From: an uncultured Candidatus Rokubacteria bacterium
GTDB taxonomy: Bacteria > Methylomirabilota > Methylomirabilia > Rokubacteriales > CSP1-6
Direction: 5' to 3'
Assembly (NCBI GenBank): GCA_963762145.1
Contig: CAVXJS010000014.1
Coordinates: 1-64,000, forward strand
DNA length: 64,000 bases
The first letter of the stretch is position 1. Every line of letters begins with the position of its first letter. The translations under genes were made by a program, and so were the position numbers. Below the pieces are notes generated by a model. It saw nothing but the letters and a program-made list of their open reading frames with translations. It was not told where the DNA came from and searched no databases. This document shows positions 11,569 to 21,882 of the stretch, one piece after another.

Positions 11569-12556
11569 TGGACCGGCGGGCGTTCTCGGCACCTTGGCTG
11601 GCTGGTCTCCTCGCCGCGCCGCTCGCCGCCGAGGCGCAGCCGGCGGGAAGGTCGCCGCGCATCGGGTTCTCTGGGTCCGACCAGCCTTCGCTCGAAGCCA
11701 TCGGATCGGCGCCTTCCGGCAGGGACTGCGCGAACTCGGCTAGGTCGAGGGCCAGAACATCGTCGATCGAGTATCGCTGGCGCGAGGGCGCTCGAGCGGC
11801 TGCCCGACCTCGCCGCCGAGCTCGTCCGCCTGAAGGTCGATGTCATCGTCACGCTGGACCACGCCAGCGCTCGTCGCTGCAAAGAAGGCGACAACCACCA
11901 TCCCGATCGTCGTTGCGGCGGTGGCGACCCGGTAGGCAGCGGCCTGGTCGCGAGCCTGGCGCGGCCGGGCGGCAACGTCACCGGCTTGTCGCTCCGTCGA
12001 CCGACAGCTGGCTGCCAAGCGACTGGAGCTGCTCAGGAGGTCGTCCCCGGTCTCGCCGTTTGGCCGTTCTCTGGCAATACCGACACATCCGCCGCCGGCT
12101 GGACGCTGCTGAGCGAGCTTCAGGCGGCGGCCCGCACGCTTGGCGTCGAAGCTCCGTCGCTCGAGTCCGGCGCCCGGAGCGATCTCGACGCCGGCCTTCG
12201 CGGCGCATCAAGGAGCCGCGCGGAGGCACTCTATCGTCGTCCGCGACGACCCATCTGTCAACCACGCTCCGGATCGCATCGAGAATTTCGCGGGTGAGCA
12301 TCGTCTGCCGACGATGTATGACGCTCAGGGAGTTCGTCGAGGCCGGAGGCCTGCTGTCCTATGGAGCCGAACTTCCTGGACCTGTACCGGCGCGCCGGCG
12401 ATACGTCGACAGGATCCTCAAGGGCGCCAAGCCGGCCGACCTGCCCGTCGAGCAGCCACCAAGTTCGAGCTCGTGATCAACCTCAAGACCGCCAAGGCGC
12501 TCGGCCTGACGATCCCGCCGTCGCTGCTGCAGCGGGCGGACCAGGTGATCGAGTGA
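11568..12556 (+). CDS. SBP2, heavily frameshifted
   Basis: Same leader, core and tail motifs spread over several frames. Confidence 0.8.
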
Positions 12557-13535
12557 TGGACCGCCGCGCTTCCTCGGCACTGGTGGCTGGTGGCTCCTCG
12601 CCGCGCCGCTCGCCGCCGAGGCGCAGCCGGCGGGGAAGGTCGCCAGGATCGGATATCTGAAGGGCTAGGTTCTGTGGGTGCCTCTTGATGCCTTCAGACA
12701 GGTGCTGGGTGAGCACGGGTACATTGAGGGACGAAACATCGCGATTGAGAGCAGATCAGCAGAGGGAAGAGTTGAGCGACTTTCCCTTCTTGCCGCCGAA
12801 TTGGCCCGCCTCAGTGTCGATGTGTTCCTGGTGACCGTCAACAGAGTAGCCGTGGCCGTGCGGGAGGTAGCCCCGAAGACCCCTATCGTAATGACGCGTG
12901 CCGAGGAACCAGTTCGCCTTGGGCTCGTCAAGAGTCTTGCCAGGCCGGGCGGCAACATCACGGGGATCGCAATCGTGGCCGGCGCGGAGATCTATGGTAA
13001 GAACCTGGAGTTGTTGAAGGCGGTCCTTCCCGGCAGGCCGCGCATCGCTGCTCTCTTCAGAATCCACGTCTTCCGTCAACGCACTCTGGTTGAAGGCCAC
13101 GAACAGGCGGCTGGCAAGCTCGGGGTCAGGCTTGTGCCGACCGGAGTCCGCAGCCCGGAGGACTTCGAACACGCATTTGCGCTGATGAAGCAAGCGGAGG
13201 CGACAGGGTTTGTCGTCCTCGGTGAGCCGCTCTTCTTTGGCCCCAACAGCCGGCGACTCAACGATCTAGCACTGCGAAGGGGACTGGCTTCCATGTGGCC
13301 CCTTCGAGCTGGCGTAGACGCAGGTGGCCTGATGTCTTATGGCGTTCCTGTGCGCGACTCGTATCGCAGCGCGGCAGCCTACGTCGTTAAGATTCTTCTG
13401 GGTGTCCAGCCCGGTGATTTGCCGATGGAGCAGCCCACCAAGTTCGAGCTGGCCATCAACCTCAAGACCGCCAAGGCCCTCGGCCTGACGATCCCGCCGT
13501 CGCTCCTGCAGCGGGCGGACCAGGTGATCGAGTGA
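12556..13535 (+). CDS. SBP3, frameshifted in the leader
   Basis: [23 protein letters not shown], conserved tail. Confidence 0.87.
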
Positions 13536-14557
13536 TGGAGCGGCGGGCATTCATCGGGACTCTGACTGGCGGCCTCCTCGCCGCGCCGCTCGCGGCCGAG
13601 GCGCAGAGCGGCTACAAGTCCGAGTTCAAGATGTCCGTCGTCGTGAACGAGGACACTGCTTGGGGCCGGGCCGCCATCAGATTTGCTGACGCCCTGAGGA
13701 ATCGGACCGTGGGACGTATCCACGTTAAGCCCTACTTCAACGGGCGGCTCTTCGCGGATCAACAGACGACTGAGTTCCGGCTTTTGCAGCAAGGTGGAGC
13801 TGATTTTGCCATCGGCTCAACTATCAACTGGTCTCCGCAGGTGAAGGAACTAAACCTCTTCTCCATGCCGTTCATGTTCCCGAACTACGGCGCCCTTGAT
13901 GCGGTGCAAGCGGGGGATCCCGGTTCACGCTTGCTCAAGCTGATCGAGCACAAGGGCGTAGTGCCAATCGCTTGGGGGGAGAACGGCTTCCGCGAGCTGA
14001 ACTCAACGCGCTCAGTTCGCCGACCAGAAGATCTTCAAGGCTTGAGGGTCCGCGTGGTCGGTGTTCCGATCTGCATGGAGGTCTTCCGTGCGCTCGGTGC
14101 GAACCCAGTAAGTATGAATTGGGGCGAAGCTCTGACCGCCTTGCAGCAAGGCACAGTGGATGGGCACGAGAATCCGCTCGCTCTTATCATCCCGTACAGG
14201 CTTTGGGAAATACAGAGGCACGTCACGTTATGGCACTACGCAATCGACCCCTTAATCCTGGCTGTCAGTGGGAAGACGTGGATGAGCTTAACACCTGAGG
14301 ACCGGAACATAGTTCGGAAGGCCGGAGAGGAGATTATGGCCGTGCAGAAGCGGGAAGCACGGGAAGGACTGGATCGCGACATGACTCTGCCCACGACCCT
14401 CGAGAGGCTTTATGGGATGGAGGTGGTCCAGCTCTCGCCCGCAGAGCTTCAGGTGTTTCGTCAGAAGACCCGTCCGGTCTACAACAAGTGGGCTTCCGAG
14501 ATCGGAGTCGAATTGGTGCGCCGCGCGGAGACGATCGTCGGAGACTCCGGCAGGTGA
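13535..14557 (+). CDS. dctP: TRAP transporter solute receptor DctP carrying the array's SBP leader peptide
   Basis: WGENGFRE, PEDLQGLRVRV, ALQQGTVDGHENP. Confidence 0.9.
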   Translation: MERRAFIGTLTGGLLAAPLAAEAQSGYKSEFKMSVVVNEDTAWGRAAIRFADALRNRTVGRIHVKPYFNGRLFADQQTTEFRLLQQGGADFAIGSTINWSPQVKELNLFSMPFMFPNYGALDAVQAGDPGSRLLKLIEHKGVVPIAWGENGFRELNSTRSVRRPEDLQGLRVRVVGVPICMEVFRALGANPVSMNWGEALTALQQGTVDGHENPLALIIPYRLWEIQRHVTLWHYAIDPLILAVSGKTWMSLTPEDRNIVRKAGEEIMAVQKREAREGLDRDMTLPTTLERLYGMEVVQLSPAELQVFRQKTRPVYNKWASEIGVELVRRAETIVGDSGR

Positions 14558-14627
14558 TTCGAGACGACGACGCTGGCCTGAAGGTCCCGCCGTCGCTGCT
14601 GCAGCGGGCGGATCAGGTGATCGAGTG

Positions 14628-15611
14628 ATGGATCGGCGGGCGTTCCTTGGCAGCTTGGCAGGCGGCTTCCTCGCCGCGCCGCTCTCCGCCGAGGCGCAAC
14701 AGGCGGGAAAAGTGTGGCGAGTCGGCATCCTAGACGGCGGCTTACCCACGCCGGAACGTGAGGTGCTCTGGAATGTGTTCCGCGAAGCTTTACGGAACAC
14801 GGGGTATGTAGAGGGCAAGAACATCGCGTTCGAGTTCCGTTGGGGTTCCGGCCACGTCGCTAACTTGGGTGTGCTCGCTGGGGAACTCGTGCGCGCCAAC
14901 GTCGATCTCATCGCCACAGCCGGCACGCCGGCGGCACTCGCGGCGAAGCAGACTACCTCCAGCGTTCCGATAGTGCTCGTCATCGCCGGCGACCCGGTAC
15001 GGACTGGACTGGCGTCGACCCTTCGCCGTCCTGGGGGTAACGTCACCGGCCTTACAACGCTCTCTACGGAGCTGAGCGGAAAGCGGCTGGAGTTTCTGAG
15101 GGAACTTCTGCCGGCGGTTACGCAGCTCGGTGTGCTATGGGATAGCAACCCGGCGTTTGCGTTGGCCGTACAGGACACGGAAATCGCTGGCCGCACCATG
15201 AAGGTGAACGTGCGGACGGTGGCGGCACACAGCCGCGACGACATCGAGGCCTTCTTTGCCAACCTCAATCGCCTGAGACTCGACGCCCTTGAGGTGATGC
15301 CCGGTCAGCTATTCCTGCGCGAGCGACGACTCTTCGCCGGTCTGGCCGTAAGGCATCGCATACCGACAATCTACGCCCAGCGCGAATACGTTGAGGCCGG
15401 TGGCCTGATGTCCTATGGATCCAGCCTTTCGCAGCTGTTTCCGCGGGCGGCGGTCTATGTCGACAGGATCTTAAGGGGCGCCACACCGACCGATCTTCCC
15501 ATCGAACAACCCACCGCGTTCGAGCTGGTCGTCAACCTCAAGACCGCCAAGGCCCTCGGCCTGACGATCCCGCCGTCGCTCCTGCAGCGAGCCGACCAGG
15601 TGATCGAGTGA
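14628..15611 (+). CDS. SBP4
   Basis: Intact ORF with leader, core and tail motifs. Confidence 0.9.
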   Translation: MDRRAFLGSLAGGFLAAPLSAEAQQAGKVWRVGILDGGLPTPEREVLWNVFREALRNTGYVEGKNIAFEFRWGSGHVANLGVLAGELVRANVDLIATAGTPAALAAKQTTSSVPIVLVIAGDPVRTGLASTLRRPGGNVTGLTTLSTELSGKRLEFLRELLPAVTQLGVLWDSNPAFALAVQDTEIAGRTMKVNVRTVAAHSRDDIEAFFANLNRLRLDALEVMPGQLFLRERRLFAGLAVRHRIPTIYAQREYVEAGGLMSYGSSLSQLFPRAAVYVDRILRGATPTDLPIEQPTAFELVVNLKTAKALGLTIPPSLLQRADQVIE

Positions 15612-16579
15612 TGGACCGTCGAGCGTTCATCGGCACCTTGACGGGTGGCCTCCTCGCCGCGCCACTCGCCGCCGAGGCGCAGCCGGCGGGGAAGGTGTAC
15701 CGAGTCGGGATCATCGCCATCAACCCCCGGTCGGCGCCGTTCGTCCAGGTGTTCGAGCGGCGCCTCCGCGATCTAGGCTGGGCGGAAGGGAAGAACCTGG
15801 CGATCGTGTTCCGCTCGCCCCGCCGCCCGCAAGACGCCGCTGCTATGGCCGTCGATTTGGTTCGCCAGAACGTCGACGTCATTGTGGCGGGCGGCCCCGA
15901 GCCGAATCTGAAGGCGGCCACGGAGGCCACTCGCACGATCCCGATCGTCATGGTCGCGCTCAACTACGATCCGGTATCGAAGGGGTATGTCGCGAGCGTT
16001 CCCCGGCCTGGCGGGAACGTGACCGGCGTATGGTCCCTGTCGCAGGAGCAAGGGCCGAAGCAGCTTGAGCTGCTGACCGAGATGCTCCCGCAGGTCACCC
16101 GCATCGGGGTGCTGTGGGAGGCGTTCTCCCGGGATCAGCTCGCTCTGATCGATGCCGCGGCGCCACGACTGAGCGTACAGATAAAGAAGGTGGAGGTGCT
16201 CCCACCGTACGATTTCGAGCAGGCCTTCCTAACCCTCAAGCAGGAACGCGTCAGAGCTGTCCTGGCTGTAGGCTCCCCGATCTTCTTCCGTCAGCGCGCC
16301 ACGCTTGGGAAGATCGCTCTCGCTCACCGCCTGCCCACCGGCGGATCCCTGAGCTACATGGACGGTGGGTTTCTACTCGGGTTTGGGGTACCTACTGACA
16401 TGCACTACCAGCGGGCGGCCGAATACGTCGACAAGATCCTACGAGGCACCAAGCCCGCCGATCTACCTATCGAGCAGCCCAGCAAGTTCGAGCTGGTCAT
16501 CAACCTCAAGACCGCGAAAGCCCTCGGCCTCACGATTCCGCCGTCGCTCCTGCAGCGGGCGGATCAGGTGATCGAGTGA
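15611..16579 (+). CDS. SBP5
   Basis: Intact ORF with leader, core and tail motifs. Confidence 0.9.
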   Translation: MDRRAFIGTLTGGLLAAPLAAEAQPAGKVYRVGIIAINPRSAPFVQVFERRLRDLGWAEGKNLAIVFRSPRRPQDAAAMAVDLVRQNVDVIVAGGPEPNLKAATEATRTIPIVMVALNYDPVSKGYVASVPRPGGNVTGVWSLSQEQGPKQLELLTEMLPQVTRIGVLWEAFSRDQLALIDAAAPRLSVQIKKVEVLPPYDFEQAFLTLKQERVRAVLAVGSPIFFRQRATLGKIALAHRLPTGGSLSYMDGGFLLGFGVPTDMHYQRAAEYVDKILRGTKPADLPIEQPSKFELVINLKTAKALGLTIPPSLLQRADQVIE

Positions 16580-16743
16580 TGGATCGGCGGGCGTTCATCG
16601 GGGCCTTGGCGGGCGGCCTCCTCGCCGTGCCGCTTAGCGCCGAGACGCAAGAGGCGGCCAAGACCGCTCGGCAGCGACGTGACTCGCACTTTGCGCTCGG
16701 GCTCACGCCGCCCAACGGCAGTATGGTTAGACAATCCACGTAG
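16579..16743 (+). pseudogene. SBP leader-only stub preceding the methyltransferase
   Basis: MDRRAFIGALAGGLLAVPLSAETQEAAK then unrelated sequence and stop. Confidence 0.75.
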
Positions 16744-16760
16744 CTTATAGGAGGACTCCC

Positions 16761-17560
16761 ATGCCGGCGACGCTGCAGATCTCGGGAACCCCGGCGGAAA
16801 TCTATGAGCGGCACATGGTCCCCGCGATTTTCGCGCGCTGGGCCCCGGACCTGGTACAGGCGGCCGGTGTGCGGACCGGGGAACTGGCGCTCGACGTCGC
16901 GTGTGGTACAGGCGCCGTGACAAGGCTTTTGGCGGAACGCGTGGGACCAACGGGCAAGGTCACGGGCCTGGATCTCAACCCTGGTATGCTCGCGGTCGCC
17001 CGACTCGCTGCTCCAAGTCAGAGCATCGAATGGGTGGAAGGCAGCGTGGTCAAGATTCCCCTACCGGATGCGACCCTCGACGCTGTGGTCTGCCAGCAGG
17101 GGCTCCAATTCTTTCCTGACAAGGCAGCGGCGCTCTCAGAGATGCACCGGGTGCTCAAGCGCGGCGGCCGCCTTGCGTTGTCCTGCTGGCGCTCGGTCGA
17201 ACACACTCCGGGCTATCACGTGCTTGAGCAGGCCCTCGCCCGCCGGATCGGTCCCGAAAGGCAGCGCTCCCGCCGTTCAGTTTTGGAGAGGCAGGCGCGA
17301 TCCGAGCCCTCCTCGTAGGCGCTGGGTTCCGAGAGGTCAAGCTCTGGGCCGAGGCCAAGATGCTTCGATTCCGATCCGCCGAGCACTTGGTCAGGGCCGT
17401 GGTGGGTGGCGCACCAACCATGATGGGCGCGTTGACCGGGCAGGGAGAAGGCGGTCTCGACGCCATCATCGCCGAGGTGACTGAGGCAACCAAACAGTAC
17501 GTCGATGACGAAGGTTGGGCGACGCCCGCGGTGAGCCATATCGTGACGGCGATAGGATGA
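16761..17560 (+). CDS. Class I SAM-dependent methyltransferase (UbiE-like), one frameshift near 17257
   Basis: LDVACGTG, GLDLNPGML, CQQGLQFFPD; near-identical to the intact copy at 41781-42581. Confidence 0.9.
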
Positions 17561-17599
17561 CCCCGGACGTATCCTGGGTCCTCATCGGTCGGCCCGCGA

Positions 17600-17770
17600 G
17601 AGGCCTCATCGCGTACGGGCCGAACTTCGTTGCCGTCGCGCGCCGGAGCCCACCCAAACCCGGCGATCTCCAGTCCAGCAGCCCACGACATTCGAACTGG
17701 TCATCAACCTGAAGCCCTCGGCCTGACGGTCCCGCCGTCGCTCCTGCAGCGGGCGGAACAGGTCATCGAG
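17600..17770 (+). pseudogene. Eroded SBP C-terminal remnant
   Basis: GLIAYGPN...[26 protein letters not shown]. Confidence 0.75.
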
Positions 17771-17772
17771 CG

Positions 17773-18776
17773 ATGGATCGGCGGGCGTTCATTTCGGGGA
17801 TGACTCTCGGCCTCCTCGCCGCGCCACTCGCCGCCGAGGCGCAGCCGGCGGGGAAGGTGTATCGGATGGTGATCGTGTTCGCCGGGATGCCAGTTGCGGA
17901 GATGACCAAGGCGACGGATCCTGTTCAACGGGTGCTGTTCTTGGAGCTGCGCAGGCTCGGCTATGTGGAGGGCCAGAATCTCGTGGTTGAGCGCCGATCG
18001 GCCGCAGGGCAGCGGCGCGAGAACTACCCGGACGTTGCCCGCCAGATCGCGCGGCTCGCGCCGGACCTTATCTACGCCGGCTCGGGCCGCCTGGCGCAGG
18101 CGCTCCGCGCAGCAACGACCGCCATCCCGATCGTGACCACTACGTCTGATCCTGTGAGGTTAGGGCTGGCGGCGACTCTGGCGCGGCCGGGCGGCAACGT
18201 AACCGGCTTCAGCATCGACACGGGCGCCGAGATCCTCGGCAAGCGACTGGAACTTTTGACGTCGGTCCCACCGCTTCTCGCTTCGCGTTCCTGACCTCAC
18301 GGGCATCGTGGGAGGGGGTGTGGGGACGCCTCACGCGCGAGGCGGCCCAAAGTGCCGGTGTTAGGGTCTACAGTGCGGTAGTCGGCGACTCGTTCCAGGA
18401 GCCAGAATATCGGCGCGCCTTCGCCGCGATGGTGAAGGAACGCACGGAGGCTGTGATGGTGGGCGACCAAGCGGAATTCTTGGGACACGGGCCGCTCATC
18501 GTCGAGCTGGCTGCGGAGTCGCGACTCCCAGCCATCTATCCCCATCGCGGGTTTGCGGTGGCCGGCGGCCTCATGGCTTACGCGCCAGACCAGGATGATA
18601 GGACTCGCCGGGTGGCCGGATACATTGACCAAATCCTCAAGGGCGCCAATCCCGGTGACCTCCCCTTTCAGCAGCCGACGACGCTCGAGTTGGTCATCAA
18701 CCTCAAGACGGCCAAAGCGCTCGGCCTGAAGATCCCACCCTCGCTCCTGCAGCGGGCGGATCAGGTGATTGAGTAA
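17773..18776 (+). CDS. SBP6, frameshifted near 18260-18300
   Basis: Leader, [10 protein letters not shown], tail. Confidence 0.85.
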
Positions 18777-18785
18777 GCGACCGCG

Positions 18786-18950
18786 ATGCCAGAGCTACTC
18801 ACCGCTCTCGACGCCTTCCTGCAGGAGCACCGCCGCTGCGGCGAGCTGGACGGCGGTGTGGATGGTGAGCGCGACTGGATGGCGTGCGACTGCGGGGCTA
18901 CAGTGACACATCCTACCGGAGCTAGGCGCAGACCCGAAGGCGTGGGGTGA
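18786..18950 (+). CDS. Small Cys/His peptide (MPELLTALDAFLQEHRRCGELDGG...ACDCGA)
   Basis: Follows the last SBP tail; paralogous start at 41560 on the minus strand. Confidence 0.55.
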   Translation: MPELLTALDAFLQEHRRCGELDGGVDGERDWMACDCGATVTHPTGARRRPEGVG

Positions 18951-18956
18951 CCATCA

Positions 18957-19169
18957 ATGCTGTACCTGATTGTCCTGAGTGTCGTTCTCCTGCTCGTCGT
19001 GATCTTCGCCCTGCAGAATGCCGAGGTGGTCACGATCCGGTTCCTCTTCTGGCAGCTTGAGTCCTCCCTGGCCATCCTTGCGCTCGCCTTCACGGCTGCG
19101 GGCGTGCTGATCGCGGAATCGCTCAGGCTGGCGATCCGTTTACTGCGCTGGAAGCGCGGGCGCCCGTGA
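18957..19169 (+). CDS. LapA-family small membrane protein
   Basis: IFALQNAEVVTIRFLFWQ, two TM helices. Confidence 0.75.
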   Translation: MLYLIVLSVVLLLVVIFALQNAEVVTIRFLFWQLESSLAILALAFTAAGVLIAESLRLAIRLLRWKRGRP

Positions 19170-19341
19170 CGGGTAGAGGCGAGTCTTCCGCACGGACGGT
19201 GTAAGACTTCCAGTTCACCGGGTGCGTGCCGAGCCGCCCAGCAAACGCCCGAAGGGGATCTCTCCGTCGCCTTGCCTGTACGAGAGGGCCAGCGGCGGGC
19301 ATCGAAACGGTCAACGACCTGAGAGTTGGGGAAGGAACAGA

Positions 19342-19593
19342 ATGAACCAGTCCGATGACCTGTTACAGGAGACTATCCGTCGCAAGATCCTCGCGGGTGA
19401 TCTCCCGAAGCAAAACTGCCGCATGACGTGGTATGGCCCCGGAACCGGCGGGATCTGCGTGGCGTGTGAGCAGCCCATCGCGGCCGACGACGTGGAGGTC
19501 GAGTGCGACCTGCCGACGGGGGGCACGATCCGCCTCCATCGGAGGTGCTACGACCTCTGGGCGGCGGAGTGGCCCACGTGCGACGAGGGTTGA
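19342..19593 (+). CDS. Small putative Zn-binding protein (CxxC...HxxCYxxW)
   Basis: GPGTGGICVACEQPI...LHRRCYDLW; RBS GAAGGA. Confidence 0.65.
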   Translation: MNQSDDLLQETIRRKILAGDLPKQNCRMTWYGPGTGGICVACEQPIAADDVEVECDLPTGGTIRLHRRCYDLWAAEWPTCDEG

Positions 19594-19758
19594 CGGTATC
19601 CCGTCTGAGACGGGTAAAAGTAACACCTTCCCGGCTCGAAGTGCCGGTAGTACCTTCCGTCACGCGGAGCGGCGCGTAACCCCGCGTTCTGGTTGGCTCG
19701 TAGCCGGGTCACGTGTGATGCAGGCCTTTGGCGCCAAGTTGCGGGCCAGGAGTGGTCG

Positions 19759-20202
19759 ATGCCGCCGTTGACCGTCGTCGTAGTGGATGACGCCTCCGAT
19801 TATCGCGAAATCGTCCGCTCCCTCCTGGCGCGCCCGTCCGACATGGTGACCATCGTGGGTGAAGCTGCAGATGGCGAGGAAGCCCTCGCCGTTGTGCTAC
19901 GCGAGCGACCCGACCTCGTGATCACGGATGTGGTGATGCCCCGCCTCAACGGGGTCGACCTAACGCGTCGGATCAGGCAACAACTCCCGCAGACGATGAT
20001 CGTCGTCATGAGTTCCTACACGGAAGAGGCCTACCGGCACATGGCCTCCGACAGTGGTGCGGATGTCTTTATTAGCAAGAGTGTCATCATGAGCAGCCTG
20101 CTGCCAGCGATCCGCGACGTCATCCGCCGACGGTTCTCCTGCGTGGGACCGCTACCGCCGCCGAGCGCTGGTCCGTCGTCCGCTTCGGCAGCTCAGCCGT
20201 GA
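19759..20202 (+). CDS. Stand-alone response regulator receiver protein
   Basis: VVVDD, VITDVVMPRLNG, GADVFISK. Confidence 0.85.
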   Translation: MPPLTVVVVDDASDYREIVRSLLARPSDMVTIVGEAADGEEALAVVLRERPDLVITDVVMPRLNGVDLTRRIRQQLPQTMIVVMSSYTEEAYRHMASDSGADVFISKSVIMSSLLPAIRDVIRRRFSCVGPLPPPSAGPSSASAAQP

Positions 20203-20239
20203 TGACGGCCCGGAGAGCGGCGGGCGCCTAATCCGTATC

Positions 20240-20313
20240 GGGCGCGTGGCAAGGCGCTCGGCCATCGCCCGAAGGGGAAGGGCCGCCCTCTAGAGACTTC
20301 CCCTTCGGGCTCT
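20240..20313 (+). repeat. Intergenic hairpin element GCCCGAAGGGG-N22-CCCCTTCGGGC, copy B
   Basis: Related copies at 19220-19260 (partial), 21253-21300, 21937-22012 and 40671-40737 (minus strand). Confidence 0.8.
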
Positions 20314-20570
20314 GCCGCTCGTCGCTACGACACCTTCGACAGCTGGCCCGTCTGAATTAGATCAACCAGCAAGTTCCACTCGTCCTTCTTGAGCACGGCG
20401 AGGTGGCCCGCCTCGCCGATCCGCACTTTATCACCAGCAATTCTCGACGTCGGGGCACTGGCCGCAACCAGCCGGGCACAACGTGACCTTGCGATACAGG
20501 GGCAGACGGCAGCAGGACGGTCCCGGCGGGACCGCCAGGAGCGAAGCAGTCCCCTGCAGCTGACCGCCCT

Positions 20571-20720
20571 TTACGTCGCCTCGCCCTCGACCACGATCAG
20601 CCGCCAGCGCCCGTCAACGTCCGGCACCGGGATGCCCTCGACGCGATGCCCGCACCATTCGACGGTGCTCCAGAGCTGCCACGGTTGCCAGCCGTACCAC
20701 TTGAGCTGCTCAGTCGGCAC
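20571..20720 (-). CDS. Small Trp-rich hypothetical protein (VPTEQLKWYGWQPWQLWSTVEWCGHRVEG...EGEAT*)
   Basis: 3' part repeated as a remnant at 22015-22119. Confidence 0.45.
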   Translation of the reverse strand: MPTEQLKWYGWQPWQLWSTVEWCGHRVEGIPVPDVDGRWRLIVVEGEAT

Positions 20721-20851
20721 CGAGGAGCAACGGAATCTCTCTCCCGCACCGCGGACACGGGCGCTTGGGGCGGGGCCGACATCGCGCCTCCGCGATCAAA
20801 CCGGCGGGCTAGACCAGTCCGGAGCCGGGGCTGAGCGCGAAAGCCGCTCGG

Positions 20852-21043
20852 TCAATAAGCGAGTTCGACTCGATCCGCCACCGCCGCTGTGACCAGCGCC
20901 AGCAGAGTGCCCGGAATCCTTTTCATCTTGTGAGCAATGCGAACATGCTCAGCTTCCTTGACCACGACTTCAACCTCGTCCCGCCCCTCAAGAATCGTCT
21001 TGCACCCAGGCATAATGTCTTTACACTTCAACACTTTCGCCAT
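20852..21043 (-). CDS. DUF1059-like small metal-binding protein
   Basis: MAKVLKCKDIMPGC...AEHVRIAH. Confidence 0.7.
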   Translation of the reverse strand: MAKVLKCKDIMPGCKTILEGRDEVEVVVKEAEHVRIAHKMKRIPGTLLALVTAAVADRVELAY

Positions 21044-21300
21044 GGTTCGCACCTCGCTTTGGTGGGGCGGGGAAGTGCTACAGGATCACGGACGAACGAG
21101 TCGATGAGTAAAGCCGCAATCTCCGTGCCTGAACAGACGGTCGAAGTATCAAGTCGATACGAAGGACGCCGACGAAGGCAAGGAGTTTACTACCAAGTAA
21201 CACTTACGCGTTGTGCCCGTCTCGTGCGTCACGCCGCAGCGCCCGGCAACACGCCCGGAGGGGATGAGCCGCCCTCCTGGAGGTTACCCTTCGGGCTCTA

Positions 21301-21801
21301 TCACTCTGCGCGCACCACGCCGGACGCCTCCCTGATCCCCTCGCGTTCCGTGTAGCTCACCAGTAGCGCCGTACCGATGGCGTGATCGCAGTGTGTACCA
21401 TTCGTAAGGAACAGAACCATGTCCCCCACGATAATACGGTCGGGCAGTCGTGCCTGGAGCCGGCCAAGGACGACCCCGTCGGCTTCACTCAATGGCCCCA
21501 GATCGTCGCTGTTGAGAGCTCTTTGGCGACCTTTGGGAGCGCGGAACACAACCGATTCCTCCCGCCAGAGCTTGTAGCAAGCCTCGTGGGCGTACAGGAA
21601 CACCCCGAGCCCGCCAGCCTGCCGTTCGACCTCGGTCGGTTCTATGGCACGACCGCACACGACGCAGGGACGGCCGGTTCCTCGGCTGGACCTCGACCCA
21701 CCATCGACAGCAGGCAGGCGGGCCTCGGACAAGCGGGCGCGTATCTGCCCCCGCAGTTCGTCATCGGTGGCGGCTGAACCGCCCGCAGTGGGAGCACACA
21801 A
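21301..21801 (-). CDS. CxxC...HxxCYxxW protein fused to an unknown C-terminal domain
   Basis: GTGRPCVVCGRAI...AHEACYKLW; GGAGG RBS before a TTG start. Confidence 0.6.
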   Translation of the reverse strand: MCAPTAGGSAATDDELRGQIRARLSEARLPAVDGGSRSSRGTGRPCVVCGRAIEPTEVERQAGGLGVFLYAHEACYKLWREESVVFRAPKGRQRALNSDDLGPLSEADGVVLGRLQARLPDRIIVGDMVLFLTNGTHCDHAIGTALLVSYTEREGIREASGVVRAE

Positions 21802-21853
21802 AGGCGCCTCCGGGAGGCCCCTCTGCCTTCTCCTCAGGGGGTGAAGCGCCGCG

Positions 21854-21882
21854 AGTATAGGCGGGTTGGGCGGAAGGCACAA
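21854..21882 (-). promoter_or_regulatory. Sigma70-type promoter TTGTGC-N17-TATACT
   Basis: Consensus-like hexamers; paralogous promoter and leader at 23044-23073. Confidence 0.6.

Noticed and set aside
10840-12680. Phase variation or deliberate inactivation of SBP1-3
   Set aside because: The dense 1-3 nt deletions resemble the error patches in dnaX and the first 6 kb; they cannot be separated from sequencing error without reads.
10602-18776. CRISPR array or diversity-generating retroelement
   Set aside because: The repeats are coding and ~1 kb apart; no cas or reverse transcriptase gene; differences between duplicated cassettes are not confined to adenines.
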